DNA from: Polyangiaceae bacterium
GTDB taxonomy: Bacteria; Myxococcota_A; Polyangia; Polyangiales; Polyangiaceae
Length of the DNA: 64,000 nt
Assembly: GCA_965222375.1 (NCBI GenBank)
Contig: CBDCTZ010000016.1
Location: forward strand, 2,176,001 to 2,240,000
Reading direction: 5' to 3'
Positions within the stretch are counted from its first letter, which is position 1, and every line of letters starts with the position of its first letter. Under the pieces are notes generated by a model. That model did not search any database, had not been told where the DNA came from, and saw only the letters and a program-made list of their open reading frames with translations. The translations under genes were made by a program, and so were the position numbers. Below, piece by piece: positions 47,287 to 57,066 of the stretch.

Positions 47287-48522
47287 CTAGTACACGCCCA
47301 CGCCGGTGCTGCGAGGTAGCCGAAGCGCGTCGCCCATGGGGCGCCTGCCGTCGGTCGCCCAATGCGCCGCGAAGGCATCCCGCAGCACGAGTTCGGCCAG
47401 CTTGCCGCGCGGCGAAAAGCCCCACTCCTGCTCCTGTGAGACATCGTTGGGATCCGAGTAGACCCGCCAAACGAAGAAACCCACGAAGGCCGGTTCGGTC
47501 ATCAACGGTGCTAGCAGCGCCGCGTAGGCCTCGGCCTGCGCCCGCTGGTCCACGACCACATCCTGCATGTAGTCAGGCCATTCCCAGGGCTTCACGGCGG
47601 GATCTTTGCGGGTGGTGTAGCCAAACTCGGTGAACATCACCGGCTTGTTCCAGCTGCTAGCGAGCTTGCGCACTCGCTTGGCGATGTCTTGGCCGCCCTT
47701 CAGCAGCGTCGCGAAGTCCGCCCCGTCTTTATCGGCCAGGGGATAGAAGGCGTTGATCCCGATCACATCGAGCTGCCCTAGAATGACGGTGTTTTCCACG
47801 TCGTCCCAGTTGGCTGCATAGGTCAGCAGGCCCGGGTACACCTTGCGCACGCGCTCGATCATCGCCGCAAAGCTCGGTGCGCGCGTGGTGGTGACCCAGC
47901 TGCGCAGCTCGACTCCGACGGACAGCATTTCCGCGTTGGTCTCCGTCGCCAGCTCCGCCCAGGTGAGTAAGAAGCGCTCGTAGCTCGCAGCCCACCGCGC
48001 CCAGGCCGCGTCGTCCCCGGGGTCGATCAAGGCGCGCCACTGCCCGCTTTCCACCCACAAGTGCGGGACCAAGAAGACGCGCAGCCCAGCGGCGTGGGCC
48101 TGGCGGATCGCTCGCCCGACGGCTTCACGATTTTCCTCGAAAGGAGTCTCGAAAGTCAGCGATACGCCGCTCGGTTTCAGATCGTAGGTGCGCCCGAAGG
48201 GCGTCAAGCTGACCCAGGTTCCGCCCATGCGTTTGATCTCGGCGAAGGTTTCGGCGCAGGCCTCGCTGCCATAGCCAACGCCCGGGTGCAAAGCGTTTTC
48301 GATGGGGCCTACGGTGACGCCGCGGATCCCACGAAACGAGCCCTCGCGCCAACCCGTGGCTCGAGGGGGAACACGCTGCGGCGTTGGGCGCGCCCGATTG
48401 AGCAGGCTGGCGAAGGGTTGAACTTCCGGCGCTGCCTGGCTGCGTGCGTCGGAGCACAACAATGCGAGCCCAAGGGCGGTCAAAGCCGGGGCGGAGCGAT
48501 GCACGGCCCGGCGCGGGTTCAT
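47287..48522 (-). CDS. GH113-like TIM-barrel glycoside hydrolase
   Basis: Signal peptide, VPHLW..WR, GVEL, TYAANWD, GINAFYPL, FTEFGY. Confidence 0.85.
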   Translation of the reverse strand: MNPRRAVHRSAPALTALGLALLCSDARSQAAPEVQPFASLLNRARPTPQRVPPRATGWREGSFRGIRGVTVGPIENALHPGVGYGSEACAETFAEIKRMGGTWVSLTPFGRTYDLKPSGVSLTFETPFEENREAVGRAIRQAHAAGLRVFLVPHLWVESGQWRALIDPGDDAAWARWAASYERFLLTWAELATETNAEMLSVGVELRSWVTTTRAPSFAAMIERVRKVYPGLLTYAANWDDVENTVILGQLDVIGINAFYPLADKDGADFATLLKGGQDIAKRVRKLASSWNKPVMFTEFGYTTRKDPAVKPWEWPDYMQDVVVDQRAQAEAYAALLAPLMTEPAFVGFFVWRVYSDPNDVSQEQEWGFSPRGKLAELVLRDAFAAHWATDGRRPMGDALRLPRSTGVGVY

Positions 48523-49193
48523 GTCTTCGTTCCTCGTGCGAAGGTTGCGCTGAAGTCATCGTCGCAAAGCTCGGTGAGGGTGTTGCGTACGAGGCACGCC
48601 CCGGCGTCCAGGAGCTCTTGCCGCTCTGCACTATGCAGCACCGCAATGCAGGGCAAACCTGCGGCCCGAGCGGCTTGCACGCCTGCGACGGAGTCTTCCA
48701 GCACCACGGCCCTGGGATGCCCCAGCCGTTCAATCGCCAGCAGGTAGCCCTCGGGATCCGGCTTCGAACGTTGCGTATCCTCGGCGCTGATGACGAAGGC
48801 GACGCAATCTGTCACCCCCAGCCGCTCTAGACCGAACTGGATTTCGTCGCCGAGGGCGCCGGAAACGACGCCGACAGTGCCGAGGCGTGCTCGACGACGC
48901 ACCAGCTCGCGCGCTCCCTCGAAGAGGCTCAGGCTTTCTTGAGCCCGTCGCAGATACAGGGGGCGCTTGGCCTGCACCAACTCATCCACCCGCTCCCTCG
49001 GAGCTGGCTGGCCCGCGTCTGCCAGCATCGCTTCGAATGCGCCCACGTCATCGAAACCGATGTAGCGCCCGAAATAGTCCGCGTCGCTGACGGAGATTTG
49101 GAGTGGCTGGAGCGCCTCGCGAAAGGCCTCTAGATGCACGGCTTCGTCATCGACTAGGACGCCGTTGAAGTCGAAGATTGTTGCAAAAGACAC
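48519..49193 (-). CDS. HAD-family phosphatase
   Basis: IFDFNGVLVDDE, SKPDPEGY, EDSVAG. Confidence 0.9.
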   Translation of the reverse strand: MSFATIFDFNGVLVDDEAVHLEAFREALQPLQISVSDADYFGRYIGFDDVGAFEAMLADAGQPAPRERVDELVQAKRPLYLRRAQESLSLFEGARELVRRRARLGTVGVVSGALGDEIQFGLERLGVTDCVAFVISAEDTQRSKPDPEGYLLAIERLGHPRAVVLEDSVAGVQAARAAGLPCIAVLHSAERQELLDAGACLVRNTLTELCDDDFSATFARGTKT

Positions 49194-49308
49194 GGCAAAA
49201 TTCGGGGTCAGGGTACCGCCCAGGAGACGAGCTTGCACCCGGCGCCGGCTTGTGTCAGCTTCCGCTCGCTTTATACCTTAGCTGCCCAAAAGGCAGACGG
49301 TTCGCACG

Positions 49309-49530
49309 ATGAGTAAAGGTGATCTTCTAGAGATGGAGGGCGTCATTCAAGACGCTCTTGGCGGGGGGCAATACACGATCCGAGTCGACCAAGGTGGTGC
49401 TGTCGTGCGCGCGCAGCTCTCTGGGCGGATGCGTCGTCATCACATCCGCGTTCTTCCTGGAGATCGCGTTCGGGTAGCGGTTTCCCCCTACGATCTGACC
49501 CACGGCCTGATCGTCTACCGCGGCAAATAA
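49309..49530 (+). CDS. infA: Translation initiation factor IF-1
   Basis: SGRMRRHHIRVLPGDRV.V..SPYDLTHGLIVYR. Confidence 0.97.
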   Translation: MSKGDLLEMEGVIQDALGGGQYTIRVDQGGAVVRAQLSGRMRRHHIRVLPGDRVRVAVSPYDLTHGLIVYRGK

Positions 49531-49550
49531 TCCGCCCCCAGGCGGGTCCC

Positions 49551-50588
49551 GTGAACAGCAGCCTGCGCCGGGTCCTACCCATCGCTGCTGCAGCCACCTT
49601 CGGTGGCCTGGTGGCCCTGGCCGTGATGCGGCTGATCGCCCCGGATGCGCCCCCACCCGCTGCGAGCGCGGCCCCCCTCGAGTCAACGCCGCTGCCCGCG
49701 CCGTCCGTGCCAGCTTCGCCTGGTGCACTGGTGCGTGGTCCGCCCCAGCTGTTGTACCTGCCTGATGGCGGGGATCTGGGCCCGGGCGCCGCCCACCCCG
49801 GACAGCGCGTGTTCCCGGGCCCCTGGAAGCCTGCCGCTTCCGCCTGCCCAGAAGGCATGGTGCAGGTTTCGTCGGCGTTGTGCATCGACCGCTACGAATC
49901 CAGCTTGGTGGACGCCGAGCAGGGCCGCAGGATTTCCCCCTACTACCACCCGAGGCGGGGCATCGCACAGCGCACCTATGGCCGCTGGCGCAAAGCCCGA
50001 GCCCGGGGCGAGACCGCTCTGGCTCGCAGCACGCCGGTGCCCGCACCACCCAGCTGGCAGCTACGCGAGGACTTCGAACCGCGCGCGGTCTCCAAAGCAG
50101 GCGAGGTTCCCAATGGCTACCTTTCCCGGGGCCTAGCTGAGCGGGCGTGCAAGAACGCAGGCAAGCGCTTGTGCACCAGGGACGAGTGGGTGCGCGCGTG
50201 TCGTGGCGCACAGGCTCAGCAGTTTCCCTACGGCGACAAGTACCAGCACAGGCGCTGCAACGTGTTCCGAGAATCCCATCCCGCGGCTGTGCTGCACGGC
50301 AACGCGTCCATCAACCACACCGACCCGCGGCTGAACCAAGTTGCTCCCGGCGGCAAGCCGCTACTGCGCAAGACTGGCGGGACCCCGGAGTGTGCCAGCC
50401 GATGGGGAGGCGACGTGATTTTCGACATGGTCGGTAACCTGGACGAGTGGATCGCCGACCCTGACGGCGTCTTCGTCGGAGGCTTCTTTTCCCGCAGTAC
50501 TCGCGCAGGCTGTGACGCAAAGGTATCCAGTCATGGCCCCACCTACTTCGACTATAGTCTCGGTACCCGCTGCTGTAGGACGCTCTGA
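49551..50588 (+). CDS. FGE-sulfatase (SUMF1/EgtB) domain protein
   Basis: CPEGMV, CIDRYE, GKRLCT.DEW, DMVGNLDEW, GTRCC. Confidence 0.9.
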   Translation: MNSSLRRVLPIAAAATFGGLVALAVMRLIAPDAPPPAASAAPLESTPLPAPSVPASPGALVRGPPQLLYLPDGGDLGPGAAHPGQRVFPGPWKPAASACPEGMVQVSSALCIDRYESSLVDAEQGRRISPYYHPRRGIAQRTYGRWRKARARGETALARSTPVPAPPSWQLREDFEPRAVSKAGEVPNGYLSRGLAERACKNAGKRLCTRDEWVRACRGAQAQQFPYGDKYQHRRCNVFRESHPAAVLHGNASINHTDPRLNQVAPGGKPLLRKTGGTPECASRWGGDVIFDMVGNLDEWIADPDGVFVGGFFSRSTRAGCDAKVSSHGPTYFDYSLGTRCCRTL

Positions 50589-50591
50589 GTC

Positions 50592-51242
50592 GTGTCGTCG
50601 TCTCCTCTCACCCTGGCCAGCCTGCGCAACGTCGTTGACGGTGTATGGCAAGAAGTGGCCCATTGGTTGATGCAAAAGCCTCGGATCTTTTCCTTGGCTC
50701 ATCCCGAGCAGCAAATCTTGTTCGAATATGCGTCCCGCCTTCGCGAAGCACTGCGGGCGACTGCTGGGCAGCCCCGCTGGGATCGCATGTACTTCGACGC
50801 GTCCACCGTGAGCCTCGGCTCGGGCGCCGTCTCTCATGTGATCGGGCGCCGGCCGCCGCTCTACATCGATACCCGGCGCCTATTCGGGATTTCGGACCAC
50901 GAACCACGCTCAGCGGAATTCGCGGATTTGGCGGTCTCCATTCAGGTGCTCCGGGCAGCCCCCGCGCAGCTCGCCCTGGACGAGGATGGGCGTCCCCAGA
51001 GTCAGCGTTGGATGCCCGTGAGCCTGCGGGTACAGGACTTCCTGCTCCAGGAGCACGTCACCGAATTGGAGCGGATCACGAGTGCCCCCTGCGATGGCAC
51101 GCTGATCGTGGTTTACAGCAACGAATCTGGTCGCCGCACGGGAGTCGACGTCCGGGAAATCGCGTCCTGGGCTTCTTGGCACCAGCCCGCGCCGACATTC
51201 TGGTGGGCGAGCCGGCACTTCCGAGCTCGGAATTCGAAGTAG
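50592..51242 (+). CDS. Hypothetical protein
   Basis: 216-aa ORF starting 3 nt after the upstream stop. Confidence 0.6.
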   Translation: MSSSPLTLASLRNVVDGVWQEVAHWLMQKPRIFSLAHPEQQILFEYASRLREALRATAGQPRWDRMYFDASTVSLGSGAVSHVIGRRPPLYIDTRRLFGISDHEPRSAEFADLAVSIQVLRAAPAQLALDEDGRPQSQRWMPVSLRVQDFLLQEHVTELERITSAPCDGTLIVVYSNESGRRTGVDVREIASWASWHQPAPTFWWASRHFRARNSK

Positions 51243-51368
51243 AAGCAGTTGATGGCTCGGATGCGCTGCACCAAGCCGCTCGGTGGGGGCTTCACCAGCT
51301 CGAGTCCAGAGTTGCACGGGCAACACTGAATCGAGGGTTGGGAACGGCCTAGAGGATACGGGGACCGT

Positions 51369-51806
51369 TCAGTAACGGCCCAAGAGCTTGTCGATGCCGC
51401 GGTGAATCGCGTGATACGACAGCCCCTTCTTCACGTACATCACAGCGCAGCTGCCGGTCTCTACCTTCAAACCATGGGCCTGAGCTGTCGCGAGGGCGTC
51501 GGGCGTCTCGCGCCCCATGTGGATCCAGATGTTCTTGATGCCTGCGTCGGCGGCCAGCTCAACCCAGCGCTTGGTCTCTTCGCGTGGCACCTCCAGGACC
51601 GCGGCGGACACTTCCTCGGGCAGTGAGGCAAAGTCGTCGAAGGCGCGGCTACCGGCGATCTCACTGACACTTGGGTCCACAGCGAATACAGTCCTGCCCT
51701 GCTTCTTGAGCTCACCGAACGACAGCTTCGGAAATGGCCCCTTCGCAGAGTGTCCAACGAAGGCAAAGCTGTCGTTTTCCCAAAACTGCTCACGGCTTGA
51801 TGGCAT
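51369..51806 (-). CDS. CoA-binding protein (YccU-like)
   Basis: FAFVGHS, VFAVDP, GIKNIWIH, CAVM. Confidence 0.85.
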   Translation of the reverse strand: MPSSREQFWENDSFAFVGHSAKGPFPKLSFGELKKQGRTVFAVDPSVSEIAGSRAFDDFASLPEEVSAAVLEVPREETKRWVELAADAGIKNIWIHMGRETPDALATAQAHGLKVETGSCAVMYVKKGLSYHAIHRGIDKLLGRY

Positions 51807-51907
51807 GGCGGCGGCCCCTGAAACCGGGTTTGTGGCTGGCTGACGCAGCCGGCGCGGTGGCAAGCCTACCTATCGGAGGCGCCACACACCTTGAGATATC
51901 GCAATTA

Positions 51908-52792
51908 TCAGCCCGCGGATGCCACGTGGGTTGCGGGCACCCACTGCTGCTGGCCATTGGGGAAGGCGCACAGATACTGCCCCTGTGCGACTTGCGCGAC
52001 CGTCGCTGGGTAGCGGTTGCCGTCCGACCATGTCACCAACACCGCGGCTCCCGGTGGAAAGACCGGAGCTACGCCGGGTGGGGGCCCGGCGGGAGGCCCC
52101 GCGGGTGCTGGGGCTGGTTGCGGGGGCGGTTCATGGCCTCCATCGCCTATCCAGGCCCGCTCACCGGCCCCGACAATCAACGTCATGAGATACAGGACTT
52201 GGGCAACACGCTCCGCAGCACTCTTGCTCAAGGTGATCTCGGAGCTGTTGAGGTACAGGGTCACCTCGTTTTCGTTGACCATGAAGTGCGTGCCATCCTT
52301 GGCAGTCTCTTCCATCAGTTGAATGAGCTGCGCCGTGAGCTCGCGCGGCAACTGATCCCAGGTCGTCTTGACCGGCCGAAGCTCGTCACGGTCGCCTTCG
52401 AAGTAGAGGTGAGGGGAGAGAAAGAGCTTCTGCTCCTCATCGTCGTCCCACTCGTCTCGGTCGAGTTGCTCCCCGGCGTGATCGGCCGCCTCAGAGTCGT
52501 ACTGCAGGTTGAACGACCACGGAACCGACAGCTCCTGCTTCGGTTTGACCTGGAACCGCAGATTGGCAAACGTGACCCAGATGATGATGCGCACCGAGTA
52601 CTGGTTGTACTGACCGGTGACGTGCACCTCGTCGCCGCCATCTCGAACCTTGACGGAGCCGCCAATCGCAGGGGCCATGCGCTCGCCGGCCTCCTTGCAG
52701 ATCTTCAGCTTGCGCTCGTCGCCGTCAATATTCCAGTACGCCGAACCGCTCATCACAGCGTCGGTATTGAAAACCTTGTCGAAGAACCCCAT
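51908..52792 (-). CDS. Hypothetical protein with a C-terminal Tudor/SH3-like domain
   Basis: PGAAVLVTWSDGNRYPATV..YLCAFPNGQQQWV after a Pro linker. Confidence 0.75.
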   Translation of the reverse strand: MGFFDKVFNTDAVMSGSAYWNIDGDERKLKICKEAGERMAPAIGGSVKVRDGGDEVHVTGQYNQYSVRIIIWVTFANLRFQVKPKQELSVPWSFNLQYDSEAADHAGEQLDRDEWDDDEEQKLFLSPHLYFEGDRDELRPVKTTWDQLPRELTAQLIQLMEETAKDGTHFMVNENEVTLYLNSSEITLSKSAAERVAQVLYLMTLIVGAGERAWIGDGGHEPPPQPAPAPAGPPAGPPPGVAPVFPPGAAVLVTWSDGNRYPATVAQVAQGQYLCAFPNGQQQWVPATHVASAG

Positions 52793-52839
52793 CCCGGCGG
52801 AGGATACCAATTCGCCACGCAAACTCTACTGACTTAGTG

Positions 52840-53994
52840 ATGCCACACTCCAGCCCCCTCGCTCTATGCATCAGCTGCGGCAGCGCCATGGCGACGCGGC
52901 AGGATCGCTGCGACTCTTGCGGCGGGGCCTATGCCGACGGCAGCGCGTCTGGGCAACTGTCGCCCGACTCCCGCTGGGCCCGAATCGAACTGTCTTTTCG
53001 CTGTGTCGGCTGTGGCACGACCTCGCCCCTCGATCACTTGGACATCGACGGCACGCTCAACTGCGCGCACTGCGGGCTCGATCAAGCGTTCGACGTGCGC
53101 ACTTACGCCCGGGTCCTAGCCACAGCCCACGACGTCGTGGATCTAGCTGGAACAGATCCGGAAGTGTCGCGCTCAGGCTCTGCCCTAGCGCGGGACAATC
53201 CATATCACCACATCGGCGTTTCCGTATCCGAGAGTCGCTGGACCGAGCCCGGCGTGGTGGGGGGACGGGAAGCGCTTTCGAATCGCGCTAGCCCCGGCCA
53301 TCCTCTGTGCCCGCGCTGCAAGCTCCCATTCTCGTCGCAGCTGAGCGCAGACCGAGTGACGCTAACCTGCCCCGGTTGTCACGCGGCTGAGACCCACGTC
53401 TCGGCGCCAGCCCAAATCTACCCGGCTGCTGTCGCTCTGGTCGCACCCGCCTACCGCCACGATCTGCGGCAGGCCAACGCGCAGCTCAGCAGCGGCGGTG
53501 CCGCCAAACTCACTTGCCCGCATTGCGGTGCACCGCTTCAGACGGATAGCCACGCCACGTCAGTCACCTGCGCGCACTGTCACGCGCCGGCGCTGATCGC
53601 CAACAAGCTCTGGTTCCGCCTAGGCGTGCGTGAACCGCGAAATCAGCCCATATGGGTGTTGTTTCGAGGGCGGTCACCCCGGCGCCAAACCCTGGAGCAA
53701 CGCTCCGACGACGTGGATCCCTTCGAGGCCGAACTCCAAGCTCGGGCGCGAGCCGTCCTGGCCGCAAAAGGAAAGGGAGCTGCGCCGCCTTCCGTTCAGC
53801 CCGCGCCGTCCCCCATCGCGCGGTACGCGCCGGACTCGCCGGCTGCACCCCCGCCTCCCGCGTATGCGACCCCAGCGCTGATCGAGTCTTCCCCGACGCC
53901 CACGAGGAACTGGCTGCCGATCGTGATCTTGGCCGTGGTGGCTGTCGTCGCGCTGCTCGGAGGCGCTGCCGCTTTCCTGATGATTCAGCTCTGA
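52840..53994 (+). CDS. Multi-zinc-ribbon membrane-anchored protein
   Basis: Eight CxxC motifs, Pro-rich linker, C-terminal TM. Confidence 0.75.
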   Translation: MPHSSPLALCISCGSAMATRQDRCDSCGGAYADGSASGQLSPDSRWARIELSFRCVGCGTTSPLDHLDIDGTLNCAHCGLDQAFDVRTYARVLATAHDVVDLAGTDPEVSRSGSALARDNPYHHIGVSVSESRWTEPGVVGGREALSNRASPGHPLCPRCKLPFSSQLSADRVTLTCPGCHAAETHVSAPAQIYPAAVALVAPAYRHDLRQANAQLSSGGAAKLTCPHCGAPLQTDSHATSVTCAHCHAPALIANKLWFRLGVREPRNQPIWVLFRGRSPRRQTLEQRSDDVDPFEAELQARARAVLAAKGKGAAPPSVQPAPSPIARYAPDSPAAPPPPAYATPALIESSPTPTRNWLPIVILAVVAVVALLGGAAAFLMIQL

Positions 53995-54109
53995 CCAGCT
54001 CCTAGAGCGCTCCGACTTTGCTCCAACCGCAGGGCCGCCGTTGGGTGGCCTGGGGAGCCGCCGTAGGGCGCCCCGTCGCCCCTCCAGCGCCAAAAAATGC
54101 CCGTCTTCT

Positions 54110-54138
54110 TGGACCGATGTAGGTGCATATCCTACAAT
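54110..54138 (+). promoter_or_regulatory. sigma70 promoter with an overlapping operator palindrome
   Basis: TGGACC-17 nt-TACAAT; TGTAGG-N7-CCTACA at 54118-54136. Confidence 0.5.
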
Positions 54139-54147
54139 GTTGTCAGA

Positions 54148-54558
54148 ATGAAATTCCGCAGGAAAATCAAGATGTTCCGAGGGGGGAACGTTGTGCTCGC
54201 CGGCCTGATGGCTCTGGTGCTCAGCGCCTGCGGCCACCCGCTCCAGAAGAAACTCGAGGGGCGCTGGGTCGGTGAGAGTGTCGAAAACTTCGACGATCGC
54301 GACATGGCCATGGCCACTGGCTGGGCTCGTGGGACGAGCTTCGAGTTCTCCGGCGCCGCGGTCACCATCGCCATCCCAGCCGAAGAGCCGCGGAGCGGCC
54401 AATATAAGGTCGTCAAAGCCCACAAGAACGACGTCTATCTCAGGGTCAAGCGCTCGGACGGCAAGAGCGACCGCGCCCACTTCCGCCTCGACGATGAGCA
54501 CAGCATCCGCTGGATGCTCGGCGAATCGCGCTCCATCGTACTGCGCAAAGAGAACTAG
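54148..54558 (+). CDS. Lipoprotein, lipocalin-like barrel
   Basis: Lipobox LSAC, LEGRW motif; alternative start 54172. Confidence 0.75.
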   Translation: MKFRRKIKMFRGGNVVLAGLMALVLSACGHPLQKKLEGRWVGESVENFDDRDMAMATGWARGTSFEFSGAAVTIAIPAEEPRSGQYKVVKAHKNDVYLRVKRSDGKSDRAHFRLDDEHSIRWMLGESRSIVLRKEN

Positions 54559-54584
54559 CTGCTCCCCGCGCCTTCGCCTCGCAC

Positions 54585-54668
54585 GGCCTAGCTTGGGAGT
54601 AGTGGCCCAGCGCCGCCCCAGTGCTCACCCCGTCGGGTATCGCGCAGCGCGTCGACCCCCAACCAAAC
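54585..54668 (+). repeat. Intergenic REP-like repeat, same family as the IS110 target
   Basis: GGGAGTAGTGGCCC ... CGACCCCCAACCAAAC between convergent genes. Confidence 0.6.
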
Positions 54669-54718
54669 AAGGTTCAAGCTCCCGAGGCTCGCGTCGGCGT
54701 GTTTGACGCGGTGCAGGC

Positions 54719-55771
54719 TCAGGGGCTGAGCCAAACGGTGCGCTGACTCTTGGCGCCGTTTTGGCTGGCGCGCAGTTGGGTGCGGACCAAGCGGGATTGC
54801 ACGCAGGCTTGGACTTGTGGTGCGAGGGGGGGATCGAAGCTGACGCTGCCTAGGCGGCCGCTGGGCGCCAGGCTGATGGTCATTTGGCTCTTGACGGTGA
54901 TACGAACTCCCGCTTCCAAGCTGACGTGCTTGGTGAAGCACTGAGTCGCGACCGATGCCGCACGCGCCGACAGCGAGCTCATTTGCGCGGCTGGCGGAGC
55001 CTTGGGTAGCGCTGCCGGTCGCTGGCCCGTGCTGGGAGCCGGCTCTTCGGTCTCGGCGGGTACGACAGCTGCGGTGGTACCGCGTTCGACGGAGCCGGTC
55101 TGGCCGGAAAGCGCGAAAGCACCCGCATCGCCAGCATTGAGGAACCAGCGCGGCTTGGCTCCGCGTGGGCCAACCGCAACGATGCCCTCGGTCACCTTCA
55201 CGCTGACGCCATCGTCCTTCAGCAATACGCTGAACTCCGTGCCATGCACGGCAACCCGGGTCTGCTTCACCTCGACCACGAAGGTCTCCGGCTTTTCGCT
55301 GGGCACGACTTTGGCGTTCAAGGAGCCACTCTTCAGGGATACGACGACGCGCTTGCCCACTTCCAAGGCGCGGGCTTCGCTTCCCGGGGCCAAGGTCCAC
55401 TCGGAGTGTTTGGCGTGCGTCACGTGGACTGAGCTGTCCTTAGCGACGACCCGATCCGAGCTCGACAAGCTGTTGCCGTTGACCTCCGCGCCGGACAGCA
55501 CGCGGGGAGCGGGAGCCATGGGGGGCGTGGCTGCAACGGGCTCGGGCGCATTGCGCGACTGGCCCATGAAGAGAGCGACGGCTGCGGCCGCGGCCAAGGC
55601 TAGGCCGCCACCAAACATGGTTCGTCGCCTCGAGCGTGCTCGCTCCATCTCGACGCTCGCGACGATCTTGTTTTCGAGAGCGTCGAAGTCGATATCCGCG
55701 ACGGGTTCCTCTCGAAGCTCATCCGTTAACTGATCGAGCAGTCGGGCTTCGGGGGGATTGGAATCAGTCAT
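54719..55771 (-). CDS. FecR-domain anti-sigma factor
   Basis: TM segment, LAPGSE, FVVEV..VAVHGTEFSV, VTEGIVAV; coupled to an ECF sigma. Confidence 0.88.
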   Translation of the reverse strand: MTDSNPPEARLLDQLTDELREEPVADIDFDALENKIVASVEMERARSRRRTMFGGGLALAAAAAVALFMGQSRNAPEPVAATPPMAPAPRVLSGAEVNGNSLSSSDRVVAKDSSVHVTHAKHSEWTLAPGSEARALEVGKRVVVSLKSGSLNAKVVPSEKPETFVVEVKQTRVAVHGTEFSVLLKDDGVSVKVTEGIVAVGPRGAKPRWFLNAGDAGAFALSGQTGSVERGTTAAVVPAETEEPAPSTGQRPAALPKAPPAAQMSSLSARAASVATQCFTKHVSLEAGVRITVKSQMTISLAPSGRLGSVSFDPPLAPQVQACVQSRLVRTQLRASQNGAKSQRTVWLSP

Positions 55772-56373
55772 TGGCCTGCCTCCGCGAGGGCCCGCTTTTC
55801 GCCGTCCAGCTCCGCGAGTACGGATGCCAGCGCCGGCTCCTTGCGAATCAACGCTTCGAGCTCACGACGAGCATAAAACAGTCTGGTGCGTACCGTCAGC
55901 ACGGGCGCTTGCACGACCTCGGCGATTTCGGCGGCCGGCATGCCTTCCAGCTCGTGCAGGATGAACACCGTGCGCTTCTTTTCGCTGAGCTGCTCCAGCA
56001 CCTTGGCGAAGACACGCACCCGCGCCGAGCGAGCTGCCTGCTCGTCGGGAAGAGGCTGGCGGTCTTCGGGGACCATGGTTTCGGGCTGCTCGACCAGCGT
56101 CGGCCGGCTGCGCGCCGAGCGGCGATGCATCAGCACCACGTTCACGGTGACCCGGTAGAGCCAGGTCGAGAAGCGGCTCTTGCCTCGGAAATCCCCGAGG
56201 GAGCGATGCACCTGGAGGAAGACCTCCTGGATCAGGTCATCCACCTCGTGCGCGCGTCCCGTCATGCGCTGCACCAGGCGTGCGACGTTGTTCTTGTGGA
56301 GGCGGAAAAGCTCGCGAAACGCGAGCATATCTCCCGCCTGACAGCGGGCTACGAGCTCCTCATCGAGTGCCAC
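55768..56373 (-). CDS. ECF RNA polymerase sigma factor
   Basis: DEELVARCQAGD, DLIQEVF, FSTWLYRV, EIAE, TVRTRL; start uncertain. Confidence 0.93.
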   Translation of the reverse strand: MALDEELVARCQAGDMLAFRELFRLHKNNVARLVQRMTGRAHEVDDLIQEVFLQVHRSLGDFRGKSRFSTWLYRVTVNVVLMHRRSARSRPTLVEQPETMVPEDRQPLPDEQAARSARVRVFAKVLEQLSEKKRTVFILHELEGMPAAEIAEVVQAPVLTVRTRLFYARRELEALIRKEPALASVLAELDGEKRALAEAGQ

Positions 56374-56531
56374 GCGCCAGTCTCTTGTTTTCTTGCCCAC
56401 TCCCGTCGAAAACGAGGGCTGAAGGGCCAAAGCGGCCTGCATGACAACATTCGATGCGCGCCCCCCACCATCCCTTCATTTTTCGTGCCTCGCTTCGGCG
56501 ATGCTGCAATGCGTCAATCGCGCATTTCGCG

Positions 56532-56870
56532 CTAGAACAGCTCTTTGAGCTCGACCGGCTTCTTCTTTTTTTGCTCCAGCAGATGATTGACGGCCCGGAG
56601 CAGGCGGGTCTTTGCCGCGCCTGAGACGGGTTTGCCGGCCTCGATCTTGGCCACGAGCTGCGCAGTGACTGGACGGCCGCTGCGGGGCTTGGCTGGGGGC
56701 GCCTTTTCGCCCTCTTCGCCGCCAGAAGCAGCTTCGTCGCCACCTTTGCGCTTCTGCAGCTTGATGCGTCGGTCTTCCAGTTTCAGCTGCTCTAGCTTGC
56801 GCGAGGCGCTGTAGACCCGCCGGATGTCGAGCTTGTTCTCTTTGAGAAACTCAGCAAATTTCGAGGCCAT
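56532..56870 (-). CDS. Small Lys-rich hypothetical protein
   Basis: ATG 56870 with GGAG RBS; strongly basic. Confidence 0.75.
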   Translation of the reverse strand: MASKFAEFLKENKLDIRRVYSASRKLEQLKLEDRRIKLQKRKGGDEAASGGEEGEKAPPAKPRSGRPVTAQLVAKIEAGKPVSGAAKTRLLRAVNHLLEQKKKKPVELKELF

Positions 56871-57066
56871 GAGTGTTAACTCCGCGAAAATACTAAATAA
56901 TTTGTCGCGCAAGGCGGCATGCCCGGCGAATCGAGGGGCGCGGACCATAGCACCAGGTTGCGGGATCGAAAATCCGGTTGTCACGGGGTCGCAGCGAGCG
57001 TCGGGTCCTGGCTGAAAACACTAGGATTTCGCACGAAGTGACCACCTCCGGCTACAGTCGCGCATC

